This document shows, in pieces, positions 1-7,754 of a stretch of DNA of 31,709 nt. Numbering within the stretch: position 1 is the stretch's first letter; each line of letters opens with the position of its first letter. Both the position numbers and the translations under genes were made by a program. The stretch is from a bacterium (GTDB lineage: Bacteria > Patescibacteriota > JABMPQ01 > JAQVVF01). The notes under the pieces were generated by a model. The model made no database searches. It had not been told where the DNA came from and was given only the letters and a program-made list of their open reading frames with translations. The DNA is taken from positions 1 to 31,709 of the forward strand of contig JAUWOX010000001.1 in NCBI GenBank assembly GCA_030611905.1, in the 5' to 3' direction.

Positions 1-2804
1 CCTGGCGTGGCTGTGAATTGTGAATCTTTTATTTTATTAATTAGTTCTTGTGATTTCTGAATGATTTTTTCTTCTTTTTTTATGTTCCTTTCGGCGGTTA
101 GTTTTTTGTTTTGATCGATATAATAGAGACTTAGTTTTGATGGGGTGAGGCCAAGAACCTTTTCACAAGCATAGGAATAAAGTAGAAGCTGATCATTTCT
201 TTCAACGTCTTTGTCGTTTTTTGGAGGCTTGCCTGTTTTATAATCAACTATTTCAATTGTGCCGTCAGGAAGCTTGTCAATACGATCAATTTGGCCTTTA
301 AGAACATGCTCGCCCAGTTTTAGATTAAAGCCTTTTTCAATGAATAACGGCGCCTTAAATTCGTCTTTGTTAAGTTCGTAAAATTTTTGTAAAGCTTTTT
401 CACCTGCTTGTTTTCTCTTTTGTTCATGAGCTTTTGACAAATAAAAGTCATTAAGCCAAAAACTTTGATAATAATCCAGCAGTTTTTCTTGAGAAGATGT
501 CTTTCCTTCCTGAAGGTCTTGGTAAAATTTCTGTAATGTGGAATGCATCGTCTTGCCATAACTAAAAGTGTGAGTACTCTGCGACGGGATACGCAAAATA
601 TGGGCATAGCGATATTGGTGAGGACAGGTTTCAAAAACTTTAAGCTGGGTATAGGAAAATTTGGAAGGGAGCTGATAAGTGATTTTTGAAGAAGATTGAA
701 CTGGTTGTTCTTGATGTTCAAACTGAAGTTGATCTTGTTTTTCTTCTTTGACAGGTAATGCAAATTTATCTATATCTGTTTTAATTTCTTTGAGAAACCG
801 AGAAATCTTCTTTTTTCTTTTTCCTCCATAGTCTTCTGCTGATGTAAAGAATAATCTTTTTTTGGCGCGAGTCATGGCAACATAAAAAAGCCTTCTTTCT
901 TCTTGGACATGGCTATCCCCTTCTGGTAATTTTTCTTTGATTAATTTTTCGGGAAGTTCTATTCGATCTCTGCGTCTCCTTGAAGGAAATCTATCCTCTA
1001 CCATGTTAACCACAAAGATATTGTCAAATTCCAATCCTTTGGCAGAATGAATAGTTAGTATTTTGACAGAGTCTGGTCCTTCGTCTAATTGAACTGGAGA
1101 TGGGTCTTCCCCTGCTTCGAGTGTTAGGTCAAGATGATCCATGAATTCACGAACTGATAGTTTGCTTGTCTCTTGTAACTCTTGAATTTTTTTGAAGAAT
1201 AAAGAAATATTTAGAATCTTCTTTTCCGCTTCTGTATTTTTTTCTTTTTGAAGCATTTTGAGGTAGCCAGAATTTTTCAGAAAATCCAGGAGAACCTCCG
1301 CAGCGCCTTTGTTTTTACTCTGTCTGGCATGCTCTTTTACCAAATCAGTAATTCTTTTTAATTGTTCTGGGGTTTTTTCGCTAAGCTCTGCGAGGCGACT
1401 TGGAGTTGAGGCTAGATCAAATAGGGAGATATTTTTTCTTCTAGCAAGTGAAATGATTTTTACAATATCTTTTGGAGAGATGTTAAATAATTTGAGGTTC
1501 AAAATACGGTAAAAGTTTATGTCGTCGTAAAAGTCATTGATGACACGAAGATAAGAAATTAGATCCATTATTTCTGACTGAGAGTATAACCCTCTGGAAG
1601 CAATAAATTGGTACGGGATTTTTTTGCTAACCAAAAGGCTGATGAAAATTTCAGCTGAAGCATTGGCACGCACAAGGATGGCATTATCTGACCAACTGGA
1701 TTTTTCTTTGTTTTTTAATTTAATTATATTGTTTATGACTTCAACTGCTTCTTGCTCTAAAGTATTTTTGTGGATATGACAAAGGTTTTGATCAATTTGC
1801 TGTTTTATATTAGATTTTAGTTTTTTGTTAATCTTATATTTCGCTTCTAGCCGATCTGGATTATTTAGTTGAATTGATTTATAGGAAAGATCAAGAATAG
1901 GCTGTTCGGAGCGGTAATTTTCAGTTAGTACTATTTTTTTTGTTTTATTATAATCTTTTTGGAATTGTAGAATATTGCTAACAGAGGCGCCACGAAATTT
2001 GTAAATGGCCTGATCATCATCGCCAACAACTGTTAAATTATCTTGTGGCGAGGATAAGAGCTGTAATAATTTGTACTGAGCATAATTTGTATCTTGGAAT
2101 TCATCAACTAAGATGTATTGGAATTGCTGCTGATATTTCTTAAGTAAATGTTTTCTTTTCCTGAATAGATCAATAGTATTGATAATTAAGTCACCAAAAT
2201 CTAGATTGCTTTCTTGGATCATGAGGTCTTGATATTTCTTGAAAGCTTTGGCAATCTCTGTAATTTTTTCTATCTCTTCACTATCCAAATCTTTATTTGA
2301 TTTTAAGCTTTTGGCATATTTTAAATATTCATCTGGAGAAATGTCTTCGTCTTTGGCTCGGGAAAAATGCTTGATTAATTCTGAAATGAATGAATTTGGA
2401 TTACCAAGGGGGCGATAATAATCAAGGTCAAAATCAAATATATGAGCTTTGATAAACATCCATTGCTCAGATTGGGTTAATAATTTGTAATTGGGATCAA
2501 GGCCAATGTCTAAAGCATTCTCCTTCAAAATACGATCACAAAAGCCATGAAATGTTTCTATCCAAAGATCGGTATAGCCATAGGGCAATAATTTGTCAAC
2601 GCGCTCTTCCATTTCTTCAGCAGCTTTTTCTGTGAAAGTGAGAGCTAAAATATTTTCAGGCTTGATCTTTTTTTGCAGCATAAGCCAGGCCAGTCTTTTG
2701 GTGATAGCCATTGTTTTGCCTGTTCCAGCGCCAGCAACAATGAGTAGTGGACCGGCTGGATGAGTAACAGCTTGTTTCTGCTGCGCGTTTAATTCTTGTA
2801 GCAT
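1..2804 (-). CDS. UvrD/PcrA-family (SF1) ATP-dependent DNA helicase fused to a C-terminal PD-(D/E)XK (AddB/RecB/Cas4-like) nuclease; 3' end runs off the window
   Basis: Translated by hand from ATG at 2804: MLQELNAQQKQAVTHPAGPLLIVAGAGTGKT (Q motif and Walker A), ERRLFYVAMTRAK (motif VI), FSYTQLKVFETCPHQY and GQIDRIDKLPDGTIEIVDYKTGK (nuclease motifs). All motifs checked are in the same frame. It is absent from the ORF track, consistent with no stop inside the window (at least 934 codons). Confidence 0.93.
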   Translation of the reverse strand, partial: MLQELNAQQKQAVTHPAGPLLIVAGAGTGKTMAITKRLAWLMLQKKIKPENILALTFTEKAAEEMEERVDKLLPYGYTDLWIETFHGFCDRILKENALDIGLDPNYKLLTQSEQWMFIKAHIFDFDLDYYRPLGNPNSFISELIKHFSRAKDEDISPDEYLKYAKSLKSNKDLDSEEIEKITEIAKAFKKYQDLMIQESNLDFGDLIINTIDLFRKRKHLLKKYQQQFQYILVDEFQDTNYAQYKLLQLLSSPQDNLTVVGDDDQAIYKFRGASVSNILQFQKDYNKTKKIVLTENYRSEQPILDLSYKSIQLNNPDRLEAKYKINKKLKSNIKQQIDQNLCHIHKNTLEQEAVEVINNIIKLKNKEKSSWSDNAILVRANASAEIFISLLVSKKIPYQFIASRGLYSQSEIMDLISYLRVINDFYDDINFYRILNLKLFNISPKDIVKIISLARRKNISLFDLASTPSRLAELSEKTPEQLKRITDLVKEHARQSKNKGAAEVLLDFLKNSGYLKMLQKEKNTEAEKKILNISLFFKKIQELQETSKLSVREFMDHLDLTLEAGEDPSPVQLDEGPDSVKILTIHSAKGLEFDNIFVVNMVEDRFPSRRRRDRIELPEKLIKEKLPEGDSHVQEERRLFYVAMTRAKKRLFFTSAEDYGGKRKKKISRFLKEIKTDIDKFALPVKEEKQDQLQFEHQEQPVQSSSKITYQLPSKFSYTQLKVFETCPHQYRYAHILRIPSQSTHTFSYGKTMHSTLQKFYQDLQEGKTSSQEKLLDYYQSFWLNDFYLSKAHEQKRKQAGEKALQKFYELNKDEFKAPLFIEKGFNLKLGEHVLKGQIDRIDKLPDGTIEIVDYKTGKPPKNDKDVERNDQLLLYSYACEKVLGLTPSKLSLYYIDQNKKLTAERNIKKEEKIIQKSQELINKIKDSQFTATP

Positions 2805-2808
2805 ATAT

Positions 2809-3606
2809 TTAAAATTGCTTTCTTTCTGGCCGAGGTTTTTTTTGTTGTTTGAAGTCGGGGGTTGGCATGGTGAGCTTTAATCCGTGATCTGTCATTTCCG
2901 CCTTTTTTGCAGCTAGTATTTTGAGAACAAAGCCAGCCTTAAACAATCTTTCTATATTACCAAGAGCATACCTAGAAATGTGTTTTCTTTTTTCTTGTCT
3001 TATATCTTTCAAGGCTTCTTTGAATTCTTGGATGAAAAAATTACTGGCTCTGATTGGAATTTCGGTATCTTTAATTACTTCTGGTGCGTAAATTTTCAGA
3101 TAATGGAGATTATAATAAGTAATTATTTTGTGTTCTCCGATTGGGATACCCCAATCCCTTGGATTATCTGACAGTTTTTCTATATTTTCTCTTAATTCTT
3201 GTTTTTCTTCTTTGCTCATCGATTTTAGTCTTTCCGTTATGTCCTGTCTGAAAATTAAATCTGAATTCTCGGCTTCATGAATTTCTTCGTCAGTTAATTC
3301 GAAATCAAGAAATCTATCAGACCAGATCTTTAATAAACCTAGTAATTCTAAGTATTTCTTTCTAACAGTCCTTTCAGATGGGGGACTATAGGGACGATGG
3401 TCAACAACTGAATCTGATAAAGCATACTCATCTAAACATCCTTCAACACTATTCAATGTTAAATCTTGACATATAATTTCCCAGTCTCTTTTGGTAACTT
3501 CTTCTTCTGGATCAAAAACAAGTACTTCAGGTTCCTCTGTTTCTAAAGATAGATCCTGTAATTTTAATTCATCTGGTTTTTTTTCGAAATGTTTTCGTAT
3601 TCCCAT
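2809..3606 (-). CDS. Hypothetical protein, paralog P1 of the MGIRKHFEKKP...KKPRPERKxF family (core type A)
   Basis: 265 aa. Shares its N-terminal 22-26 aa and C-terminal motif with 3615-4421, 4430-5185 and 7755-8603. The core aligns by eye with 4430-5185. Confidence 0.85.
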   Translation of the reverse strand: MGIRKHFEKKPDELKLQDLSLETEEPEVLVFDPEEEVTKRDWEIICQDLTLNSVEGCLDEYALSDSVVDHRPYSPPSERTVRKKYLELLGLLKIWSDRFLDFELTDEEIHEAENSDLIFRQDITERLKSMSKEEKQELRENIEKLSDNPRDWGIPIGEHKIITYYNLHYLKIYAPEVIKDTEIPIRASNFFIQEFKEALKDIRQEKRKHISRYALGNIERLFKAGFVLKILAAKKAEMTDHGLKLTMPTPDFKQQKKPRPERKQF

Positions 3607-3635
3607 GAGATTAGTTAAAAGTTTTTTCTTTCTGG
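3533..3635. repeat. 103-bp direct repeat, copy 1 (end of P2, 8-nt spacer, start of P1)
   Basis: Identical to 4348-4450 apart from a GT/TG swap (101/103 nt), offset 815 nt. Confidence 0.9.
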
Positions 3636-4421
3636 TCTTGGTTTTTTTGGTTGTTTGAGGTCAAGTTCTGACATTACTAATTTGTATCCTTGATTTGTGA
3701 ATTCTATTCTCTTTGCAGTTAATATACTGAGAGTGAGCGCATCATAGCTATACTGTATCCAATCAATAAGTTTGGCTCTATTCATTTCTTCTTTTTTGTT
3801 TTCAAAATCTTTTTCAGTTAGACCTAATTCTTCGAAAAGTTCTGGTGAAAATAATCTTATTTTTGCAGCAAAACGGCAATATCTTCCGTGATGATCTTTT
3901 TTGTTAAATAAAGCTCTTTTAATTTTGTCAATAATTTCGTTATTTTTTAGGTCTAATTCTTTGGATTCTTTTGGAAAAAGAGTTTGCAAACTAAAAGCCG
4001 TTGTAACATATAGTTCTAAATCTGTGGATTTGTTAAACTTTAACTCTTGTTTAAGTTTTTCAAAATCTTCTTGGCCAAAATTTATTTGATCTGGAAAAAG
4101 ATTTTTTAGAATCATCATATGGTAGTGCGTTTGGAAAGTATTCTTTTGCTCTTTAATTCCTTTTAACGCTTGTTGATCAAGTAGAAAAAAATTTGATTTG
4201 TCTGGAAAAATAATTTTGAAATTGTGTGCTAGTCTAGCAAACTGTCCCCACCATCCTTTGTCATGATATTCTTTGAGTCTTTGCAATATTCTTTCCCAAT
4301 CTTGTTCAATAATCTCTTCTTCTGGATTAAAAACGAGTGCTTTAGGCTCCTCTGTTTCTAAAGATAGATCCTGTAATTTTAATTCATCTGGTTTTTTTTC
4401 GAAATGTTTTCTGATTCCCAT
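3615..4421 (-). CDS. Hypothetical protein, paralog P2 (core type B, degenerate helical repeats)
   Basis: 268 aa with the same termini. The core has degenerate W..F...A..(M/F)K.(L/I).P.K repeats like those of 7755-8603. Confidence 0.85.
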   Translation of the reverse strand: MGIRKHFEKKPDELKLQDLSLETEEPKALVFNPEEEIIEQDWERILQRLKEYHDKGWWGQFARLAHNFKIIFPDKSNFFLLDQQALKGIKEQKNTFQTHYHMMILKNLFPDQINFGQEDFEKLKQELKFNKSTDLELYVTTAFSLQTLFPKESKELDLKNNEIIDKIKRALFNKKDHHGRYCRFAAKIRLFSPELFEELGLTEKDFENKKEEMNRAKLIDWIQYSYDALTLSILTAKRIEFTNQGYKLVMSELDLKQPKKPRPERKNF

Positions 4422-4450
4422 GAGATTAGTTAAAAGTTTTTTCTTTCTGG
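4348..4450. repeat. 103-bp direct repeat, copy 2 (end of P3, 8-nt spacer, start of P2)
   Basis: See copy 1. A more diverged partial copy (about 6 mismatches in 65 nt) lies at 5121-5185. Confidence 0.9.
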
Positions 4451-5185
4451 CCGTGGCTTTTTTGTCTGTTTAAAATCCTCTTTTTTCATTGTTATCTTCA
4501 ATCCTTGATTAGTCACTTTTACTTCGTCAGCAGTAAGGATTTTGAGAGTAAGAATAGCTTTAAACAAGTCATCAATATTTGAAATATGTGACCATTCGGG
4601 CTGACGCATTCTTTCTAATATTGTTTTTATCTCTTCTGTAATAAATTGCTTAATTGAATCAGGCATTTCTTGGTCTTTGAATAGATTAGAATCAACAATC
4701 TTCAGATAATACAAGTCCTTTAATATATACATCTTTGGATTGGCCTGAAACATTTTTATAGTTTTGTCTCTTAATTCCCCTCTCTCCTGCGGACTCATTG
4801 AACGCATTTGTTCTATTCTATGTGCTTTTAAAATTAAATCTGGATCATTAATTCGTCGATTTTCTTCATCAGACAATTCGAAATCTTCAAATCTGTCAAC
4901 TGAGGCAATTCTTAATAAACTTAGCAAGCTCAAATATTCTTGGGCGACATACTCCTCAGATGGAGCTTCGTAATCCATGTGATCGGCTGCCGCAACCATC
5001 TGTTCGTAATTTTCCAAATAGCGTTTAACATTTTCTTTGGTTAACTCTTGGCGTATAATATCCCAGCTTTGTTCGGTAATTTCTTCCACGCCAAATTCAG
5101 GTTTCTTGTCCGACACATGTTCTAAAGACAAGTCCTGCAATTTTAATTCGTCTGGTTTTTTTTCGAAGTGTTTTCGTATTCCCAT
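4430..5185 (-). CDS. Hypothetical protein, paralog P3 (core type A)
   Basis: 251 aa with the same termini. Starts 5 nt after the rmuC stop. Confidence 0.85.
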   Translation of the reverse strand: MGIRKHFEKKPDELKLQDLSLEHVSDKKPEFGVEEITEQSWDIIRQELTKENVKRYLENYEQMVAAADHMDYEAPSEEYVAQEYLSLLSLLRIASVDRFEDFELSDEENRRINDPDLILKAHRIEQMRSMSPQERGELRDKTIKMFQANPKMYILKDLYYLKIVDSNLFKDQEMPDSIKQFITEEIKTILERMRQPEWSHISNIDDLFKAILTLKILTADEVKVTNQGLKITMKKEDFKQTKKPRPERKNF

Positions 5186-5190
5186 AAATT

Positions 5191-6384
5191 TTATTGATAA
5201 ATATTTTCTTGTTGCATTGGCACTTCTTTTTGAACTGGCATTGCCTTAGCGGTAATTTTTTCAGATACAGGCGTTGTCTCGCCATAATCGATTTCTGCTA
5301 ATTTGTCATTAAATTTTCCTAGCCTTTTTTCTGACTCATTATATTTTTTGGTGGCATTGTTGAGATGACTACCAAGAACTTTAAATTCATCGTCGAATTT
5401 ACCAAAGTCACCTTGCAAGCGCTTAAGATTATGCAAGATCTCTTTGGCGCTCTCTTCAATTTTCATTCCCTTGAGTCCGAGGAGTATAGCTTGAACAAAG
5501 ACATAGAGAGTGTTAGGAGAGACTGGAAAAACTTTTTTAGCATAAGAAAAATTGATAAGAGGATTGTCATCTTGATCTCGGATAATTGTTTCATAATAAA
5601 CATTTTCTGCTGGAATATACATTAAGGCATAATCTATTGTTCCTTCGTCTGGCAAAATGTATTTTTGAGCAATAGCGCTAATGTGTTTTTTAACATCTGT
5701 TTTAAATTGTTTTTTGAATTTCTTTTTTTCTTCCTTATTTTTAGCCGCGCTGATCATCTTTTGAAAATTTTCTAAAGGAAATTTTGCATCAATGGGAACC
5801 AACATATTGTCTTTAAGCTTGATGACAGCGTCAACTTTTTCTCCAGAACGAAAGGTGTACTGTTCTGCAAAATGTTCTTTGGAAAAAGTTTGTGATAATA
5901 AATCGCCCAGAAATAATTCACCAAAAGCGCCGCGCAGTTTTGGAGCTTTAAGAATTTCCTGCAACCCACTAATATCCTTACCTACTTCAAATATTTTCTC
6001 ATTAGCTTCCTGCATTTGAGCCAAGCGAGTTTGTACAGAGCTAACTACTTTCGCAGCATTGTCTAGGCGAGAGCCAACTGTTGACTGTGATTTTTGAATA
6101 AGTTCACTATTTTCTTTGAGGCGCTGATTGAATTGATTGGTTTGCGCATTCATTTGAGCAAGCATGCTCTTGGTGACTTGATTCATATTTTCCGAAATAG
6201 TTTTGCTGGTTTGATTTAAATTCTGTCCAACGTGTTGGTTGAGATTGTCGATTCGCTCATGTAAAATTTTATCTTCTTTATTTTCAGGATTGGCTAGTTT
6301 TTGATTGATTTTTATTAGATAAAAAGCTAAAAAACCACATATTCCTGCTAAAATGACGGTTATGATTACTAAGAATGTTAACAT
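5191..6384 (-). CDS. rmuC: DNA recombination protein RmuC
   Basis: N-terminal TM anchor, coiled coil, then RGAFGELFL, EQYTF, VDAVIKL, PIDAKFPLENF, GTIDYALMYIPAENVY and VSPNTL, which are RmuC-family motifs. Confidence 0.92.
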   Translation of the reverse strand: MLTFLVIITVILAGICGFLAFYLIKINQKLANPENKEDKILHERIDNLNQHVGQNLNQTSKTISENMNQVTKSMLAQMNAQTNQFNQRLKENSELIQKSQSTVGSRLDNAAKVVSSVQTRLAQMQEANEKIFEVGKDISGLQEILKAPKLRGAFGELFLGDLLSQTFSKEHFAEQYTFRSGEKVDAVIKLKDNMLVPIDAKFPLENFQKMISAAKNKEEKKKFKKQFKTDVKKHISAIAQKYILPDEGTIDYALMYIPAENVYYETIIRDQDDNPLINFSYAKKVFPVSPNTLYVFVQAILLGLKGMKIEESAKEILHNLKRLQGDFGKFDDEFKVLGSHLNNATKKYNESEKRLGKFNDKLAEIDYGETTPVSEKITAKAMPVQKEVPMQQENIYQ

Positions 6385-6525
6385 TTATTTTGATTATATT
6401 TATAGAGTATAATTTATTTTAGCAGATATTTAATGTAATGGAAAGTTTGCTATTATTTTAAATTTTATTTATAATATGTATATTACTAGTTTAATAATCT
6501 ATCAGCTACTAACTACTAACTAATC

Positions 6526-6624
6526 ATGCAATTACCTGAAAAATTTTTATTAGGGTTAACTATACTGTGCATAATATTAATTTTTACTCTGATTTATGTA
6601 ACTAGACTCTGGCTCAAATGTTAG
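6526..6624 (+). CDS. Possible 32-aa single-TM peptide (MQLPEKFLLGLTILCIILIFTLIYVTRLWLKC)
   Basis: Translated by hand. Hydrophobic stretch; overlaps the start of the next small ORF. Confidence 0.3.
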   Translation: MQLPEKFLLGLTILCIILIFTLIYVTRLWLKC

Positions 6625-6725
6625 AAGAATTAAAAATTTTAAGACTTTATGTTATATTGGTAGTAATTTTATCACTAATTTTTTATGTTGCCTTGCCCTT
6701 ATTGAAGAGATATTACGGAAGTTAA
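6618..6725 (+). CDS. Possible 35-aa single-TM peptide (MLEELKILRLYVILVVILSLIFYVALPLLKRYYGS)
   Basis: Translated by hand. The ATG overlaps the end of the previous ORF (ATGTTAG); TM segment followed by a basic tail. Confidence 0.3.
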   Translation: MLEELKILRLYVILVVILSLIFYVALPLLKRYYGS

Positions 6726-6792
6726 TTTCTTATTAAAATTCAATGAGTCGTGAATATCGAAATTCAATTGGCTTAAAAACGCTATAATCGTT

Positions 6793-6831
6793 AAATAAAC
6801 GGCTATTATCGACGAAAGTAGCCGTTTATTT
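6793..6831. terminator. Perfect 13-bp hairpin, probable terminator
   Basis: aaataaacggcta (6793-6805) pairs with tagccgtttattt (6819-6831). Confidence 0.55.
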
Positions 6832-6962
6832 TACCTTAAATAAGCCATTTGCTTTATTTAAGCCCTGCCTTTGCCGGCAGGCAAGCAAAATAATTTCATG
6901 ATTTACAAAGGTTGAGCTTGTTTTTTTTATAGTTTAATATATAATATAAGAGTAATTATTGG

Positions 6963-7036
6963 CGCGGGGTAGAGCAGTCTGGAAGCTCGTCAGGCTCATA
7001 ACCTGAAGGTCGGCGGTTCAAATCCGCCCCCCGCAA
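6963..7036 (+). tRNA. tRNA-fMet (CAT), initiator
   Basis: CGCGGGG...CCCCGCA-A acceptor with C1:A72 mismatch, anticodon loop CTCATAA, T-loop TTCAAAT. CCA not encoded. Confidence 0.95.
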
Positions 7037-7177
7037 TTTTAAAAATTCCAAATTACAAGATACAAGTACCAAACAAATTATAAATTACAATAATTAAATT
7101 TCAAACACGCGAATTTGAGATTTATAATTTGAAATTTGTTTGTAATTTGAGTTTTGTAATTTGGAATTTTTAAAGGG
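7037..7177. repeat. Heptamer-built (NNCAAAT-type) imperfect inverted repeat filling the inter-tRNA spacer
   Basis: 7038-7058 tttaaaaattccaaattacaa is the exact reverse complement of 7154-7174. Confidence 0.8.
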
Positions 7178-7251
7178 GGCAGGGTAGCTCAGCTGGTTAG
7201 AGCACCACACTCATAAAGTGGCGGTCGACGGTTCGAATCCGTCCCCTGCTA
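7178..7251 (+). tRNA. tRNA-Met (CAT), probably elongator (Ile2 not excluded)
   Basis: GGCAGGG/CCCTGCT acceptor with G2:C71 and C3:G70, D-arm GCTC...GAGC, loop CTCATAA, T-arm GACGG-TTCGAAT-CCGTC. Confidence 0.9.
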
Positions 7252-7267
7252 TATCATAAAACAAATT

Positions 7268-7344
7268 GGGGGCGTAGCTTAGTGGCTTAAAGCGCCTGCC
7301 TGTCACGCAGGAGACCGCCGGTTCAAATCCGGTCGTCCCCGCCA
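7268..7344 (+). tRNA. tRNA-Asp (GTC)
   Basis: GGGGGCG/CGTCCCC acceptor, anticodon arm CCTGC-CTGTCAC-GCAGG, G73, encoded CCA. Confidence 0.96.
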
Positions 7345-7365
7345 ATTGAACGAATTTTGAAGAAG

Positions 7366-7392
7366 AGCCGTTTTGAAGAACGGTTTTTTTTT
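7366..7392 (+). terminator. Intrinsic terminator after the tRNA cluster
   Basis: agccgtt-ttgaag-aacggtt followed by a T tract. Confidence 0.75.
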
Positions 7393-7700
7393 GTTTTTAT
7401 AAGTAGTTTCTTGTCTTCTAAAGTAGCTTTCGAGCCAAACATTAAAGAGAAAATGATTCTCTTTTCCTCAGGTTATTGATTCTTATGGTAAAAAGAATAT
7501 GGAAGATTCTGTTATTCTAACTATGCCAAAAGATGAATTTATGAAATATGACTGGGAGGGACTTAAATACGAACCTGTTTATAGTCAAATGGAAACATCT
7601 TGTTCATATTATTATATTCATCCCGCAGTAAAGAAGAATCTAAAATATGATAAATTATATTTATCATTATAGCCTATAGTGAGTAAGGGGGTGGGGGTAT

Positions 7701-7732
7701 AAAAAAGCAGAGCGTTATAGCTCTGTTTTTTT
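7701..7732. terminator. Bidirectional intrinsic terminator
   Basis: A6-gcagagc-gttata-gctctgt-T6, between converging units. Confidence 0.75.
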
Positions 7733-7754
7733 ATTTAATGGTTTATTAGTTAAA

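Noticed and set aside
320-763. 147-aa ORF in the ORF track
   Set aside because: It is an alternative frame inside the helicase-nuclease gene, whose own frame carries the recognisable motifs here.
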